A stretch of DNA of 64,000 nt from Phoronis australis (Eukaryota > Animalia > Phoronida): NCBI GenBank assembly GCA_002633005.1, contig NMRA01000079.1, forward strand, positions 742,077 through 806,076. The letters run 5' to 3'. The translations under genes and the position numbers were made by a program. Position 1 is the stretch's first letter; every line of letters starts with the position of its first letter. Shown here one piece after another: positions 39,501-52,286 of the stretch. The notes beneath the pieces were generated by a model, which ran no database searches, had not been told where the DNA came from, and saw nothing but the letters and a program-made list of their open reading frames with translations.

Positions 39501-40804
39501 TTGCTTGTTCGACTATGACAGTCAACTCTAGCAAACATTAACTTATTATTAATCAAGCATTAAAACCTTGGGGTGAAAAAAGCTCATTTCCCAGAGCTAG
39601 GTCATGCAATAAAGTGCACAGCCAATGATGTGGCTCGCGAACGCACCAAGCAAAATTTCAAAGTGATTCTGTGGTCTAGCGAAAGAGATGTCTCTTACTA
39701 GAGCAGGTCAACACTGTGACAACACACCTACAACCTTTTGTAGTTCAGCAATTATTGAGTTTTTCTCACATAATTTACTGTTTATGCATTGACAAATTCT
39801 AACAACATTAAGTTACAAAATCGAGTACGAACACTGTATGTGGTCTCAGATTTGGCATCTGATATGCCAGATCTCGCCTTATAACAATTTCTTTATATGT
39901 TTGTTTAAAGTCACAATAAAACATGTTCCAGGACCTTAGATTTAATGCTGGTGTCATCAAGTGCAAATAGGATTACAGTCATCCACATAAACCATAATTT
40001 ACTCAAGAACAGGATAATAGACATTTATCATGAGTTAATACCAAAGTAGCAGCGAAAACATTGGTTCTTCCAAAAATACTGCATATTCATATCACATGCA
40101 AAATAGGATAACCCAGTCATCCACAAAAGTTTTAATATACTTAAGTGGCGGGATAATAAACACTTATCTTCAGTTTATACAAAAGTGGGAACGAAAAAGT
40201 TGAAAATAGATTTCAGTTCGATTTCGAATAAAAAGAATAGATCTCAGTTCCTGGTGTCAAAACGCCTAAACACCCAGAACCTACATGGTTACCATAAAGA
40301 TTCGGCACTGAACTAACCTGCTGTAACAGCCATATTAACAAACCGTTAGTGCTTCCGACAAAAACTTGCGTCCAATGTGAGTAAGGAACACATCAGGATG
40401 AAACCGAAATTATACCAATAAGTAGGCTGCGAATCAAAATTTTCTTTGACAGAAGCAGTTTCTTGCCTCTTTAATGTGATTAGTTGTAACAGTATGCGAA
40501 AGTCATGTTCTCTTACAACCATGAATGTGGAACCGAACTTCGTGATATCGATTAAATAGGCTTAGTATGCATTGTAAAGATTTTTAATATCCAACATTGA
40601 ATATCACATAAGTAGCATTTCAGGGAGAAATTGCTAAATTGTGATTGACGGAGAGACCCACGAATCAAACTTCTGCATTTCTTGTCAAGGATTGTTTACT
40701 CTAACATTCATGATTATGTGTTGCTGTATACATATATACACGGACAGGGGCAATTTACCATAAAACTGGCGAACCAAACGGGACACCACATTAATAATAC
40801 TAAC

Positions 40805-40900
40805 CTCCCATAGGGCCAGTGTTTGAATACTTTCAACAGACTCTGTGTTTAGGTTGAGACCTGTTTCTTCTTTTAGTTCTCGTAGGCCAGCCTCGTAGAT
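40805..40900 (-). CDS. NUDT17: NUDT17 coding exon 4 (IYEAGLRELKEETGL...LALWE)
   Basis: Completes the Nudix box GGHIEVGESIYEAGLRELKEETGL; ggacag acceptor, gttagt donor, 96 nt. Confidence 0.93.
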
Positions 40901-41913
40901 CTGTCCAAGGAAACACGTGTTTATTTAGAAACGTATTCTCAAATACAAGCCATTTACACTGAGGATTTAAAATCAATTTAAAATTGGTTGGAGTTGCTTT
41001 TGGAGTTGTGACTGTAAAAGCAAACCGTTATGCTGAAATCGATTCAAACTCAGCCCACTCATGGAGGTAGTTTTGAATCGATCTTAAAGCCAATTTCTGC
41101 ATTGTGAAGTGTGAACATACAATCGAATCGGTTCGACTCAAATGGAAGAAGTGACACTTTCATGTACTTTCGCGTTGTGAAGATAGATTCTGGTTTCTAT
41201 GTTTCCCATGCCCACAATTTTGTGCATTACTCAAGTACTGAGTTGACATTCATTATGTTTGAGAAGTGAAGGAGCAGACCATGATTCAGATATAATTTCA
41301 CAATGATTTATTGTAGAAATCTTGAGCATTATCTACTCTGCTCATGACAGGCTTCCCCATTCAAATTTCACTGCATTCTTTGCGAGAATCAAGGTTACCA
41401 TGGTATGCAAGAGGTAAGTTGCACCATTGCTATGCTCAGGCAGGTTACACAGTACAGGATGAGATTTATTAAGCAAGGAATAGCAGTTGTAATACATGCT
41501 ACGCTTTCTTTTCTTCATTTGTAATCAACCAACTTCTGCCTCTCGAACAATGAAAACGTTCAGTTTCTACAGACAGGTTCAGTAAATTTATAGTTTGAAG
41601 AGTCTAAAACGGGAACGAGTATTACCACGAACAAGCAGTGGTCATTATTGACAACCACCTCTGTTCCCTAATTCCTAAACATGAGAAGCCAGTTGAAAAA
41701 GTCCTGGAGCTGAGGCAAATGGTTATTGTAATCCAACCAGTATGAAGCAGTCATAGTTGTGGATTCATAAATGTTATCCTAACACACAATAAAAAAGTCC
41801 ACAGTGACATTATACGGTATTGTCAGGTTTGTTAACACAGCGCACAAGTATTCTAGTGACTGCACTTCTGAATCACTTCATGACAAAAATTAGACAACAG
41901 TAATTGCCCTTAC

Positions 41914-42123
41914 ACTTTCTCCAACTTCAATATGTCCACCAGGGGGCACCCAGACACCAGGAAATATTCGCAGATGTTTGGCTCGCCTCGTCAATAGTAT
42001 CTTTCCATCACTAGTTTCCAGAACCACTACAGCGCCCACATCGACGCCTCTGTTTGTTACCTCTTCTTTAAGTGAACTCCTATCAGCATCCGCCATGTTG
42101 TGAATGGGACAAAAGCAAGGACG
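41914..42123 (-). CDS. NUDT17: NUDT17 coding exon 3 (RPCFCPIHN...RGVDVGAVVVLETSDGKILLTRRAKHLRIFPGVWVPPGGHIEVGES)
   Basis: tttcag acceptor, gtaagg donor, 210 nt. NUDT17 signatures RPxFCP, RGVDxG, LLTRRA and WVPPGGH. Confidence 0.93.
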
Positions 42124-43452
42124 CTGAAAGAATTACAAAAATTGAGACAAAAATCAAAACTTGGAAAAATTGTCTTTAAAATAATTACGGATTACTATTT
42201 CAGCTTAAAGACACACAGAGCAAAATCTCATAACAAAATAGCTGAGAGAAATTGTTTGAATCCAACATACATGCAAAACCGATTAAATGCTCCTCATTGC
42301 TCAAGTTTTATACAATACGAGTAGCTACCATTAAACAAAGTTGTAATGGTGATAACCCAAAATGAGGTTGGGTGAAAGTATTTTTGTCACTAAATGGCAT
42401 TTTTGTTGAGCATGAGCGTGAAACTGGGGTTTCAGTTCATATCCGTCGTCAACCGTAATTTGAAGGTCATCGTCACTAGTTAAAATTTATGATAATAAAG
42501 GAAAATGCAACTTGGGTTCTTGGAGGGGGGAAACGGAAGTGACCAATGGGAAATGTCCGGAGGATTACAGACACCTGCAAAAGGTATAAAAATGTAAAAC
42601 TTTAAAAAAATGCAGCTATAATCATGAAAACGATAATTTCACATGTCTGAACAGTGACACGATCACCCTTCAGACACTCATTGGTTAATTAGCGCATCCC
42701 TAGGATTCCTCGCTGTGTCACAAAGTATATCCTGTCTTTGGCTTGAAGTGAATACAAAGCCTTTGTGTAACCAGTCCAAAGCATTAGTCTCAATTGCCAA
42801 GTAGAATTCAGTAGACTCCATATGGACTTTTCAGATATGCTCCTGAAGATAAATTTTGACGATTGACTAGAGCCGGAAGAATATTATTTCGGTTTTAAGT
42901 TCGAAAACGCGTCATACAATGTCTGCTATGTTATGATTTGGGCAGATTAGTCCACCACTGTGAGAAAATACCGTACATGACCTTGAACCCTTCCTTTCAG
43001 TGAAAACGCTCTTATTTCACAGGCACTCTGAACTCATTGTGCAAGAATTGGACAGTGTTGAACGAAAGAACCAAAATAGAGTTTATCATCCATTCAATCT
43101 CAAAATCGATCATTTTCACTTATTTGCTTACCTTTGATCTTTGAAATAACCGTATTCAAAACCCAGTTAAATTTACTTGAAACTTGATAATTGTTAATAC
43201 AGAGTTGCAAAGTAGTAAACCGAGATTGATCACAACAGTCAGTGCCAACAGTTTGATCACACACTTTCTTTTCTTGATGAAGTTTGAACTGGAAGAGTGT
43301 GAGTGTTCTTCATTGCTTTGACTCGTCGCAGCAACAAGTTTAAAAATCAACGCAATGAGTTTGAATTTTCGGAAGGGTTAGTTAATTCTAAAGTCTTTTT
43401 CCAAATAATTCAGATGGCTTAACGTAAAGTGAAGATTCTTGTTGAATATTAC

Positions 43453-43563
43453 CTTCAAGGTAACATGTTGTGAACCATTCTGATAAATGATCAACTTGTC
43501 TTCTTCAAGCTTGATTGATACTGTGATGGCATCTTTACTTGGACAGAAATGGTTCACTACTGA
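43453..43563 (-). CDS. NUDT17: NUDT17 coding exon 2 (SVVNHFCPSKDAITVSIKLEEDKLIIYQNGSQHVTLK)
   Basis: tttctttgtag acceptor, AAG|gtaat donor; 111 nt, phase 0-0, open frame leading into RPCFCP. Confidence 0.8.
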
Positions 43564-44938
43564 CTACAAAGAAATAAAAAATGTTCATGGTAAGCAGTAA
43601 TGTGTAAAGTGATGAGACACATAGAATTATAGTCATTTCACCCACTTAGCTGGCTAAAAATGAAAATGGGATTTACCCTGTTACTCTAACAAAAACGGTC
43701 TCATTGCCAACAAGGACATCAAAATAATTGATCACCAAAGCAAGAAAACGCTTCAGTTTATTGAGGTTGGCCAAACATAAAATTGCAAATTTGAAAATGA
43801 TGCATGTATGCATTACTTGTGACGCGAGTTGGTAACGAAAGTACACAATCGCAGTAAGGAATATAATAATTTATGAGAGTGAAAGGCCTAGAAGTTTTCC
43901 ATTTTTAGCCAGCTTTGAGCAAATATTTGAAAACAAATGACTAACACTCCCAACTTTTCAAATTAACATGGAAGCTGATGATTTTTAATTGAGAGCTATA
44001 TGCTTAAAGTTGGTATGCACTGTTTACGATACCCAAATTTGCTTGGCCATGAAGTACATCTACGGTGAGAATAATAGCTAAAATTGCCATATTTCTATTT
44101 TTCAGATGCCATGCACGTGTCACGTGTTCGTGAACGCTCAAAATTTGACCAATTTGGAAATTCCAACGGTATATATTTTTTGGTCGACATCAACATTTTC
44201 ACAGCACGTGATAACCACAAAGTATTTCAGTTGACGTCATGCGAGGTAACAAACAGCAAGCGAGAGACTGCATAAGAGAAGCACGTGACCTAGAACGTCA
44301 CAATGTACTTGCAAAAAGTAGCATCAAGGAGATATACAAATTGCAATCTTTAAGATTTGTGAATTGTGTCCCTGGGACTTTTTGTTCAAGGCGTGATTTC
44401 GCATTACATCCTCAAAATGGCACCAGGCGAGTGAAGGCTTGAGTGAACCTCGGCAGATTTTTATAGATAAATGCGCAAATTGGGTAATTAAGTTGACTAC
44501 AGGTAAATTGTCTCCAGAGGTAATTGGTATACATGCGTTAATTGTAACTCCATGTGTATACCGCGTATATAAGCATGTTTCATTTGCTGGTATTCCAAGT
44601 ATTTTGAAATGAGCAACTTTTTACGAGGGTATAATATCGCCTGTGTAGCCTACGCCTCCGCCCCGGTGTCCACAGGCACCGGCAGAGATGTCAGGCTTAG
44701 GCTTAGCTTGCTTAATTACGCTGCCTTAAGCAACAATCATATCTTGAAATTTGAGGCGAAAATTATCACTTTATGGACAACTCCGACGTCAGTCACTGTA
44801 TTTTTAGCCATGGAAACAGATTTATTTTAATGAAGACTGTGTAACAACTAGCCAGCCAGCTAGCTGTATGAAGACTGTCGTCAAAATACAGCTGTATATT
44901 TATAAACAGCTTTGTACCAAGGCTATGTAAAAACCAAC

Positions 44939-45019
44939 CTGCGTGAACTTCACCGGGGTAGGCCTTTTATCAGTTGTTTTCTGTACAAACACCAAAACTC
45001 TCCTTATGGAGGCTGCCAT
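44939..45019 (-). CDS. NUDT17: NUDT17 coding exon 1 (MAASIRRVLVFVQKTTDKRPTPVKFTQ)
   Basis: aagATGG start context, CAG|gttggt donor, 81 nt, phase 0. Resembles the NUDT17 N-terminus. Confidence 0.75.
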
Positions 45020-45143
45020 CTTAATTTAGACATAATTAGGTCAAAGTGGAGGCCGGGGTCACCGGCAAAACCTCGCGTTGGCAAAGATACTATATCGTTG
45101 GGTCGGCACAGGCCAACTTGTAATTGACCTATCGCAAGCCTCC

Positions 45144-45285
45144 CGTTCAGTAGCGCTAGGACCTAGCTTAAAAGCAAGACTTTGCGAGATTACGCGAGAT
45201 ATTGCCGTGTATTCCAAATGAGAGCACGTGACCTTGACTAGCTTTTGGCTAGGTCCTAGCGTAGGTCCTAGCGTCTACTGAACGC
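45144..45285. repeat. Short inverted repeat / MITE between the NUDT17 promoter motifs and the ATG
   Basis: cgttcagtagcgctaggacctagc pairs with gctaggtcctagc...gtctactgaacg. Confidence 0.55.
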
Positions 45286-45299
45286 ACGCCAGGATTATA

Positions 45300-45400
45300 A
45301 CGGCCGGCTTAATTGACCAATCAGAACGCAGCATTCTTGACACACCTTCGTCTGCGTTTCCAAGCCGCCATTTTACCCGACAAACCACACGCAGTCGAGT
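45300..45400. promoter_or_regulatory. Putative NUDT17 proximal promoter
   Basis: CCAAT box (ttgaccaatcagaa, ~45312-45325) and YY1-type CCGCCATTTT (~45365-45374) about 300 bp upstream of the ATG; locally CpG-rich. Confidence 0.4.
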
Positions 45401-45717
45401 AAAACTTACTTTAGTCTATAGCTCAAGAAATTGTCCGTTAAGAATGGGGTAACGGTGTTGATATGACGTGTGTAGCCCCGACAGCCGTTATGCTGCTCCA
45501 GAATAATATCCCGTCATTTTTTGGCATGTCCTAAGCCGAAAAATGATGTTGAAAAGCGTATAAACTGGCATCAAACTGTACGGCCACAACTCCACAAGAG
45601 CAGCTGAACTTAGCGATGTTGCTTGATAACTCGAAGGCTACGATAAACACAATTATACTAGTTCCTAGATACGCACTTTTCAGCTTGGTGGCTATGGTGC
45701 AGGGCTATCTTAGATTT

Positions 45718-46498
45718 NNNNNNNNNNNNNNNNNNNNNNNNNNNNNNNNNNNNNNNNNNNNNNNNNNNNNNNNNNNNNNNNNNNNNNNNNNNNNNNNNNN
45801 NNNNNNNNNNNNNNNNNNNNNNNNNNNNNNNNNNNNNNNNNNNNNNNNNNNNNNNNNNNNNNNNNNNNNNNNNNNNNNNNNNNNNNNNNNNNNNNNNNNN
45901 NNNNNNNNNNNNNNNNNNNNNNNNNNNNNNNNNNNNNNNNNNNNNNNNNNNNNNNNNNNNNNNNNNNNNNNNNNNNNNNNNNNNNNNNNNNNNNNNNNNN
46001 NNNNNNNNNNNNNNNNNNNNNNNNNNNNNNNNNNNNNNNNNNNNNNNNNNNNNNNNNNNNNNNNNNNNNNNNNNNNNNNNNNNNNNNNNNNNNNNNNNNN
46101 NNNNNNNNNNNNNNNNNNNNNNNNNNNNNNNNNNNNNNNNNNNNNNNNNNNNNNNNNNNNNNNNNNNNNNNNNNNNNNNNNNNNNNNNNNNNNNNNNNNN
46201 NNNNNNNNNNNNNNNNNNNNNNNNNNNNNNNNNNNNNNNNNNNNNNNNNNNNNNNNNNNNNNNNNNNNNNNNNNNNNNNNNNNNNNNNNNNNNNNNNNNN
46301 NNNNNNNNNNNNNNNNNNNNNNNNNNNNNNNNNNNNNNNNNNNNNNNNNNNNNNNNNNNNNNNNNNNNNNNNNNNNNNNNNNNNNNNNNNNNNNNNNNNN
46401 NNNNNNNNNNNNNNNNNNNNNNNNNNNNNNNNNNNNNNNNNNNNNNNNNNNNNNNNNNNNNNNNNNNNNNNNNNNNNNNNNNNNNNNNNNNNNNNNNN
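45718..46498. other. Assembly gap
   Basis: Run of N. Confidence 1.
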
Positions 46499-48511
46499 GG
46501 TCTCCAATCTTTTTACTCGAAATGGAACTCGAAATTAGGTTTGGCATTTTCTACTCTACTTTTAGGCGAACTCAAGATAAGTGTCTATTATTCTATGCTC
46601 GAGTACACAATAACTTACGTAGATAATTTATTGCCCTTAGTTCACAGTTTGTAAACCCAATATTAAAACATTAAGTTCGAGTTTGAACTCGAAATTTCGA
46701 GTTTTTACTCGAGTTTGTAGCACAAATATAAGGGTCTTCAAGGGCAAACTTGAACTAGAAGCTCCTATGCATAAACTATAATATATTCGAGCACAGTCTG
46801 ATAACCAATTATCTTAAGTTCGCACAAAGGGAGCAGAGAAATTGCCAAAAATAGTTTCGAGGTCGTTTCGAGTACAAAGATTAGAGACCGGGCCCTGGAG
46901 TCCCACCAGGTCGGCGAAATTTAGCAGCCGACAGAATAAAAATCTCGGTGAATCTTCACTGATTTTATTCGAAAGGTCATGAAATCTATGGCATCGTATA
47001 GATAATTGCTTTACATAAACATATCGTATCAGTGGCCTTGTCATTTGTCACTAGGTGAAGGTAGCCCCGAGGCCGAGGGGTTCTTCGGATTTTCTGTGGC
47101 TCCTCGAGCACTTATTTTTTCATCGTCACCTTTACAAATTCCCATATCATGAACGTACGTTTCACTGTTGAAAAGTATCGCCTCTTGTCTCTGTCGACGC
47201 ATTTTCAAATAGTGCAAAAACACTCATCGATTCCAGAACGTCGTTTAGCGACAGTGTATTTGCCTCTGACATCTCGTTCGAATGTCGGGTATCACGTGAC
47301 TTTTCGCATACAGGGGCGGAGCTTGGGATAGGTCAATCTCGAGGGTCTGTCCCGGAGACTATACGGAGAGTATACACTACTTTTTATACCGTGTGAGCAG
47401 CACGTCAGCTTGGCTGCCATTGATTTAAACTGAATATATTCCGGGTTCACTCGAATGATCTGAAGAAATTTAGCTTAAAGTTGGTCCATATCACTTACAA
47501 AATTTGTAGTTTGGTCACCTTTTTAATTACATACGCTGCCAGAATCCGGCAAAGACTGTACCAACGGATCAACCACTGCTGTGCAGGCAGACGGCGCCAT
47601 TTCTATTTTGCCGCCCTTTGTTTGGTCAACCCATAAGCGTACAGATCTTGGATGTTGGACGGGGGCCATGAAATATCGGTTTGTCCAAATAAGAGGATGC
47701 CGGGAGGGTTCAGCGCCCGTGGTCGCCATCGCACACAGCCGCTGTCTGATGCCGCCTACGCCAACTTCCCGGTGCCGCATTATTGGCGCCAACATTCCAA
47801 GTTATGGCCGGAACCAATTGAAATTCACATACGAGTATCGGATGTTGCAGATTGGACCATGATGGTCCTATTGGTGCCATCGGATTGGTCTTTCGCCACA
47901 GCGCCGTTTCTAAGCTAATTTTGATCAGGTGTTTTCATCAACAACACCGGGTCACTAACTGGGCTCATACGCGACACTATCATACGGCGATATGTCCCAA
48001 CTTCAGTCGGGAACTTCAGCTGAAGAGTTTTCTGGAGTCGCTGATCGTATGTCGGGTTTTAACGTTCTTGTGGAAACGGAAATCTGGCCAGGGCCTGCTG
48101 TCGGTCACGCCGGAAAGACTGAGAACGTACGTTGATTCATTTTTCCTTTGCAGGTTAAACAAGTTTTAATTGAGTGTTCATTGTTGTAACCTCAGTAGTG
48201 TGGATTTGCCTAATATTTCAGTCAACATAGTGCTTGCCTTCTCGCTATTTGTAAATGCACCCCTGGCAGCTAAATAAAATGTACGGCTTATTGAAACTTC
48301 GCTATCGAAGGGAAGGAATACATAAGAAAAATGCATGTTTCTCTTCAGGGTCTGTTTTATGAAAGGCATCGATAATACATTAATATACCGTTACAAAAAA
48401 TGTAGCGAAAATTCCTTATACACCCTTCACCAATAGCCATCGCCAAATGATCAGCCAAGCAGATCGAGAACCGAGGGTAAAGGCTAATTTCGTGAATAAT
48501 CTTATAGTATC

Positions 48512-48676
48512 CAGTGGCGCACTGATTTAGAGGAGGGCAAGAGGGCCATGTCCCCCTAAAATTCTCCCTGATTCCATTTGGCAGTTCGGGGATGCAAATG
48601 CCCTGACGGGAAAAATCCTGGCTAATACTCTGCCCTGCCCCCCCACCCCTAACTAAAAATCCTGGATCCGTCTGTA
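48512..48676. mobile_element. ~165-bp hAT-like MITE, second copy
   Basis: Ends cagtggcg ... ggatccgtctgta (degenerate); flanks gtatc / gtatc. Shares ccccctaaaattctc..gattccatttggcagt with 33235-33396. Confidence 0.65.
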
Positions 48677-50768
48677 GTATCTGCGTCCAGACAAGCCCGC
48701 AATGTTCAGGTAAAGATACATGAATAAATCATCAAACGCCGTTTTCGTCATTAACTCTATCGTAGTTGTACATGTAAGAGAAACATGTATAATTGCCGTT
48801 TGCCTTAGAGTGCGGCAACATAAAAATCATTACGTTTTCAAACGACTACCGATTAAAATGCGACACCAGTGACCGTCCATTATAGTGATTTCATTTCAAG
48901 TTCCATTGGCTCTAGCGTCCGGAACTATGTTTTAATGTAATTTACAGTGTAGCGTTCCATCCTCTTGAAACCTGGCACTTTTCTGTAAAGAATAACCAAG
49001 CCTTGGTTTTCAAAATCGAATTTAACCAAACTTTTTGAAGCATATTTCGACTTTCGAGAAATGCTTTGACATGACCAGTCGACAAGGGTTTCCCTTGAAA
49101 TTTGCCAGAAATATTTTCTTTCTGGGAAGATGCAACTTATGTGCATGTAATCGAGTTCCGAAATACACGCAATGCTCGTTTTTGAGGCGCCATCCGTTTT
49201 CCGCGGGATTCAACGGTTGACATCTGCGATGACATTTGAGGAGTTACCGATTGTTTGTACTGATATTGTTATTCGCATGCGCGCACCCAGCCTTTAATAT
49301 GGGGCTCGAATTTCCTTCGATGTGGACCTTTTAAAGACAAAAAAGCCGGAGGATTAAAAAAAAATGAGGTACCACGTCCAGAGCTGTGAATTGTGCGTTT
49401 GCGCCTTTTGAGTGGACTTTTTGTCTCGTTTTCTATGACTTTTTGTGTCTCTGAGGCGGACCTTTTGTCCACCTCGCCAGATAGGAGACTCGCCCCTGCA
49501 TTGTGCGCGCATGATTCGTTGCTCATCTCTATTCTTGTCAATTGCCATTAGCTCTTCTGTTATATCTAAATGCAATGGTTTCACAGAGGGGAGTATGAAA
49601 TGCAACGGGGGGAGCCTACAAGGCAAACACGAGGAGGATTGGTACAGGGATGTTTACCGTTGAAAATGCCGGTGTATTCCAACATAAGAATAAGTTTACC
49701 GGAAATTGACCTAGAACATTGTTCATTTTAAGACTAATTTTAGCGTTTTAAGTTTCATTTTTCCTGAAAGAACGTTCATCCAAAAGACGAAATTTGCATT
49801 AAACGGAATTTAGTAAGCTTCAAATGACTTTAAAGGAAAGCTTATTTCACAAATATAAACTTCAATTTCAATTGTGTATTTTTGAACTGTTATACTGAAT
49901 TGTAACGTTTCATTCCCCTGATAGTGAAGTTATGTTGATTCAAAATGTCTCAGTTCTCGCCATATTGTGTTTATGGAGTGACAAAAAGCATATTTTGACC
50001 GTTAGTGAAATATCATTCTAATACCTTGCGTATCTCGTGCTATATGCGGCAGCTATTTTACACAAGAACGCCCTTTTTCCATGCCGGCTTTCCCGAAAAA
50101 AAAACACACTCTCACTTGGGCGCACTTCCGTCCATTCGAGAAAAAATGACAAGATGTATGGCATCACTGGTATCCTTGAATCATGTTCGGGAGGCTATAC
50201 ATGTAGATTAGAAATTCTAGAATCCAGGTTTCAAGAGAACAAGGGAATTAAACCATGAATATAATGATCAAAGTATCAGTAGTTCCAAATTTATATCCAG
50301 TAGAGCGTGAAGAGAAATAAGAGACAGTACACAGATCGGTAACGAGCAGATTAAGGATATTGGAACTGATATCGTAAACATGCAGGGGAAACTGGAATCT
50401 TCTAAAATTCCTTATAGTTTTTCTTTTTGCATTGCAAATGAAATGTTTAACAACACATATACATGTTTCTTCCATTTTCGTTTTGCATATTAAAAATTGA
50501 ATTAACCGAATGCACGTCCGTGCTAGAAGCTGTAATGGACGGCAAAACGTAATTTCGTAGTGGCTGTACATGAAGGTGTCTTAAATTACTCACAAATTGG
50601 CAAGCTGGCTATTGTATCGACGATAACGTGTCGGTTACCGTGGTGAACTGCCAGATTGGTCTTTATATTTGCGTAATTTTGTTCCATTAATGCACTTGAT
50701 TGGTACAAGCTTTGATCCTGTATATAGTGGTAGCTTACGTTCAGTAGGGGCCTAACGTCGGAGATTAG

Positions 50769-51866
50769 ATGGTATCCTTGGTGAGGTTCAGCTTGCGAAG
50801 GCGACTACTATGCAGTCGCACTGGGCGCGTAGTGCAGTCTTACAAGGCCGTAATTTTAGTGACTGTGCTTTTTAGCCTCCTCTGGATATTCGCACCGACG
50901 ATTAGACGTCGTGTATTATGTGAGTACTCGGGGTATATCATTCGGGGGAAGCAGGTGAGTTTTAGTCAGTTCTCATGGCCTTACGAAGGTGATATATCGA
51001 GCATAGTGAAAGGCCAAGAAGAAAGGAAGAACGTTATTGCGGAACCTCCGTATCCCCTCAACTATCCGTTCCTCATCACAAATGACAAGGCTTGTGAAAC
51101 TCCGTCTGGTGAGACGTTACTATTTATATACCTGGTCAAGTCGACGGTAATCAACTTCAACAAGCGACAGAAAATTCGAAGTGGGTGGGGGAAACCGACA
51201 AATAATGGCCGACATTTATTCAGAACTTTGTTCGTCGTTGGGTCTGGTTTACCAAGCGACAGTGACCTGGCTGAACAAGTTCGTCGCGAGCACACACTAA
51301 ACAGGGACTTGATCCAGGGTAATTTTTTGGACTCCTATCGCAACAATACTGTCAAAACCATTATGTCGTACCAATGGGTTACCCAGCACTGCACCAATGC
51401 CAAGTTTGTTGTCTTCGTGGACGACGACATGAGTGTCGCTACCTGTAATGTAATTAGTGAACTGACAGCACAAGAAAGGAATACTGAGAACGAAGCTCAT
51501 TTTTTTACTGGCCTCCTCACGGGAACCGAGGAGTCGCCGCCTGTGCCATATCGCCAAGGTGACAATTGCTCGAAATGGTTCGTCTCGCTGGAGGACTATG
51601 CGTACGACCAGTGGCCATTATATGTTCACGGCGGATTCTATATGGCATCAGCGAAGACTGTCTCGAACGTTGCAGTTGCCATGTTGTACACAAAACGTAT
51701 ATGGATTGACGATGTGTATATAGGCATAGTACTGCATAAACTTGGCATAAAGATACGCCATTGTGCTAAGATTATCACAGATTGCCATGCCTACTTCAGG
51801 TTTCATCTGTGGATATTGTTATCAGATAAAAAATTGCTAGCAAACCATTGTGAATATTACATATAA
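50769..51866 (+). CDS. GT31 family beta-1,3-glycosyltransferase, brainiac (brn)-like, 365 aa, intronless
   Basis: Type II topology (basic tail plus TM AVILVTVLFSLLWIFA). Motifs RQKIRSGWG, DSYRNNTVKT, FVDDD (DxD), WPLYVHGGFY and IDDVYIG are typical of Galactosyl_T; NNTxKT/FVDDD/DDVYxG resemble brainiac. Confidence 0.88.
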   Translation: MVSLVRFSLRRRLLCSRTGRVVQSYKAVILVTVLFSLLWIFAPTIRRRVLCEYSGYIIRGKQVSFSQFSWPYEGDISSIVKGQEERKNVIAEPPYPLNYPFLITNDKACETPSGETLLFIYLVKSTVINFNKRQKIRSGWGKPTNNGRHLFRTLFVVGSGLPSDSDLAEQVRREHTLNRDLIQGNFLDSYRNNTVKTIMSYQWVTQHCTNAKFVVFVDDDMSVATCNVISELTAQERNTENEAHFFTGLLTGTEESPPVPYRQGDNCSKWFVSLEDYAYDQWPLYVHGGFYMASAKTVSNVAVAMLYTKRIWIDDVYIGIVLHKLGIKIRHCAKIITDCHAYFRFHLWILLSDKKLLANHCEYYI

Positions 51867-52286
51867 AGTGTGGTGCTTCTGAGAACCAACTACCTTGCTT
51901 GGCAGATAAAGTGTAGCGACGTAACACTGATGCATCTCGGAAGGAAGGCATGGAACGCAAAAGCTCGTCAAAAATAGCTATTAAAAAATGAACAGATACT
52001 GAAAACGAGGTCCACACCCAATTCTCTGAAACAAAATAAAGGTCTGTAACTCTCGACAACCTTCTAAGGTTTGGAGGAAAGTTTGAAAATTCCTTTCCAA
52101 TGTCTGCTAAACGGGCAAGCGTGACCTACGCTTTTAATGAATTGCGCGGCCACTGTGAAGAAAAATCACCCACAGAGAACCACAGTGGCGGATCTACGGG
52201 GGGGTTCAAGGGGTTTAAACCCCCCCTCGGGCCAGGACCCAAAAATTAAAAAAAACGTCTCCAGCAAAACAAACACGGCACCGCCA

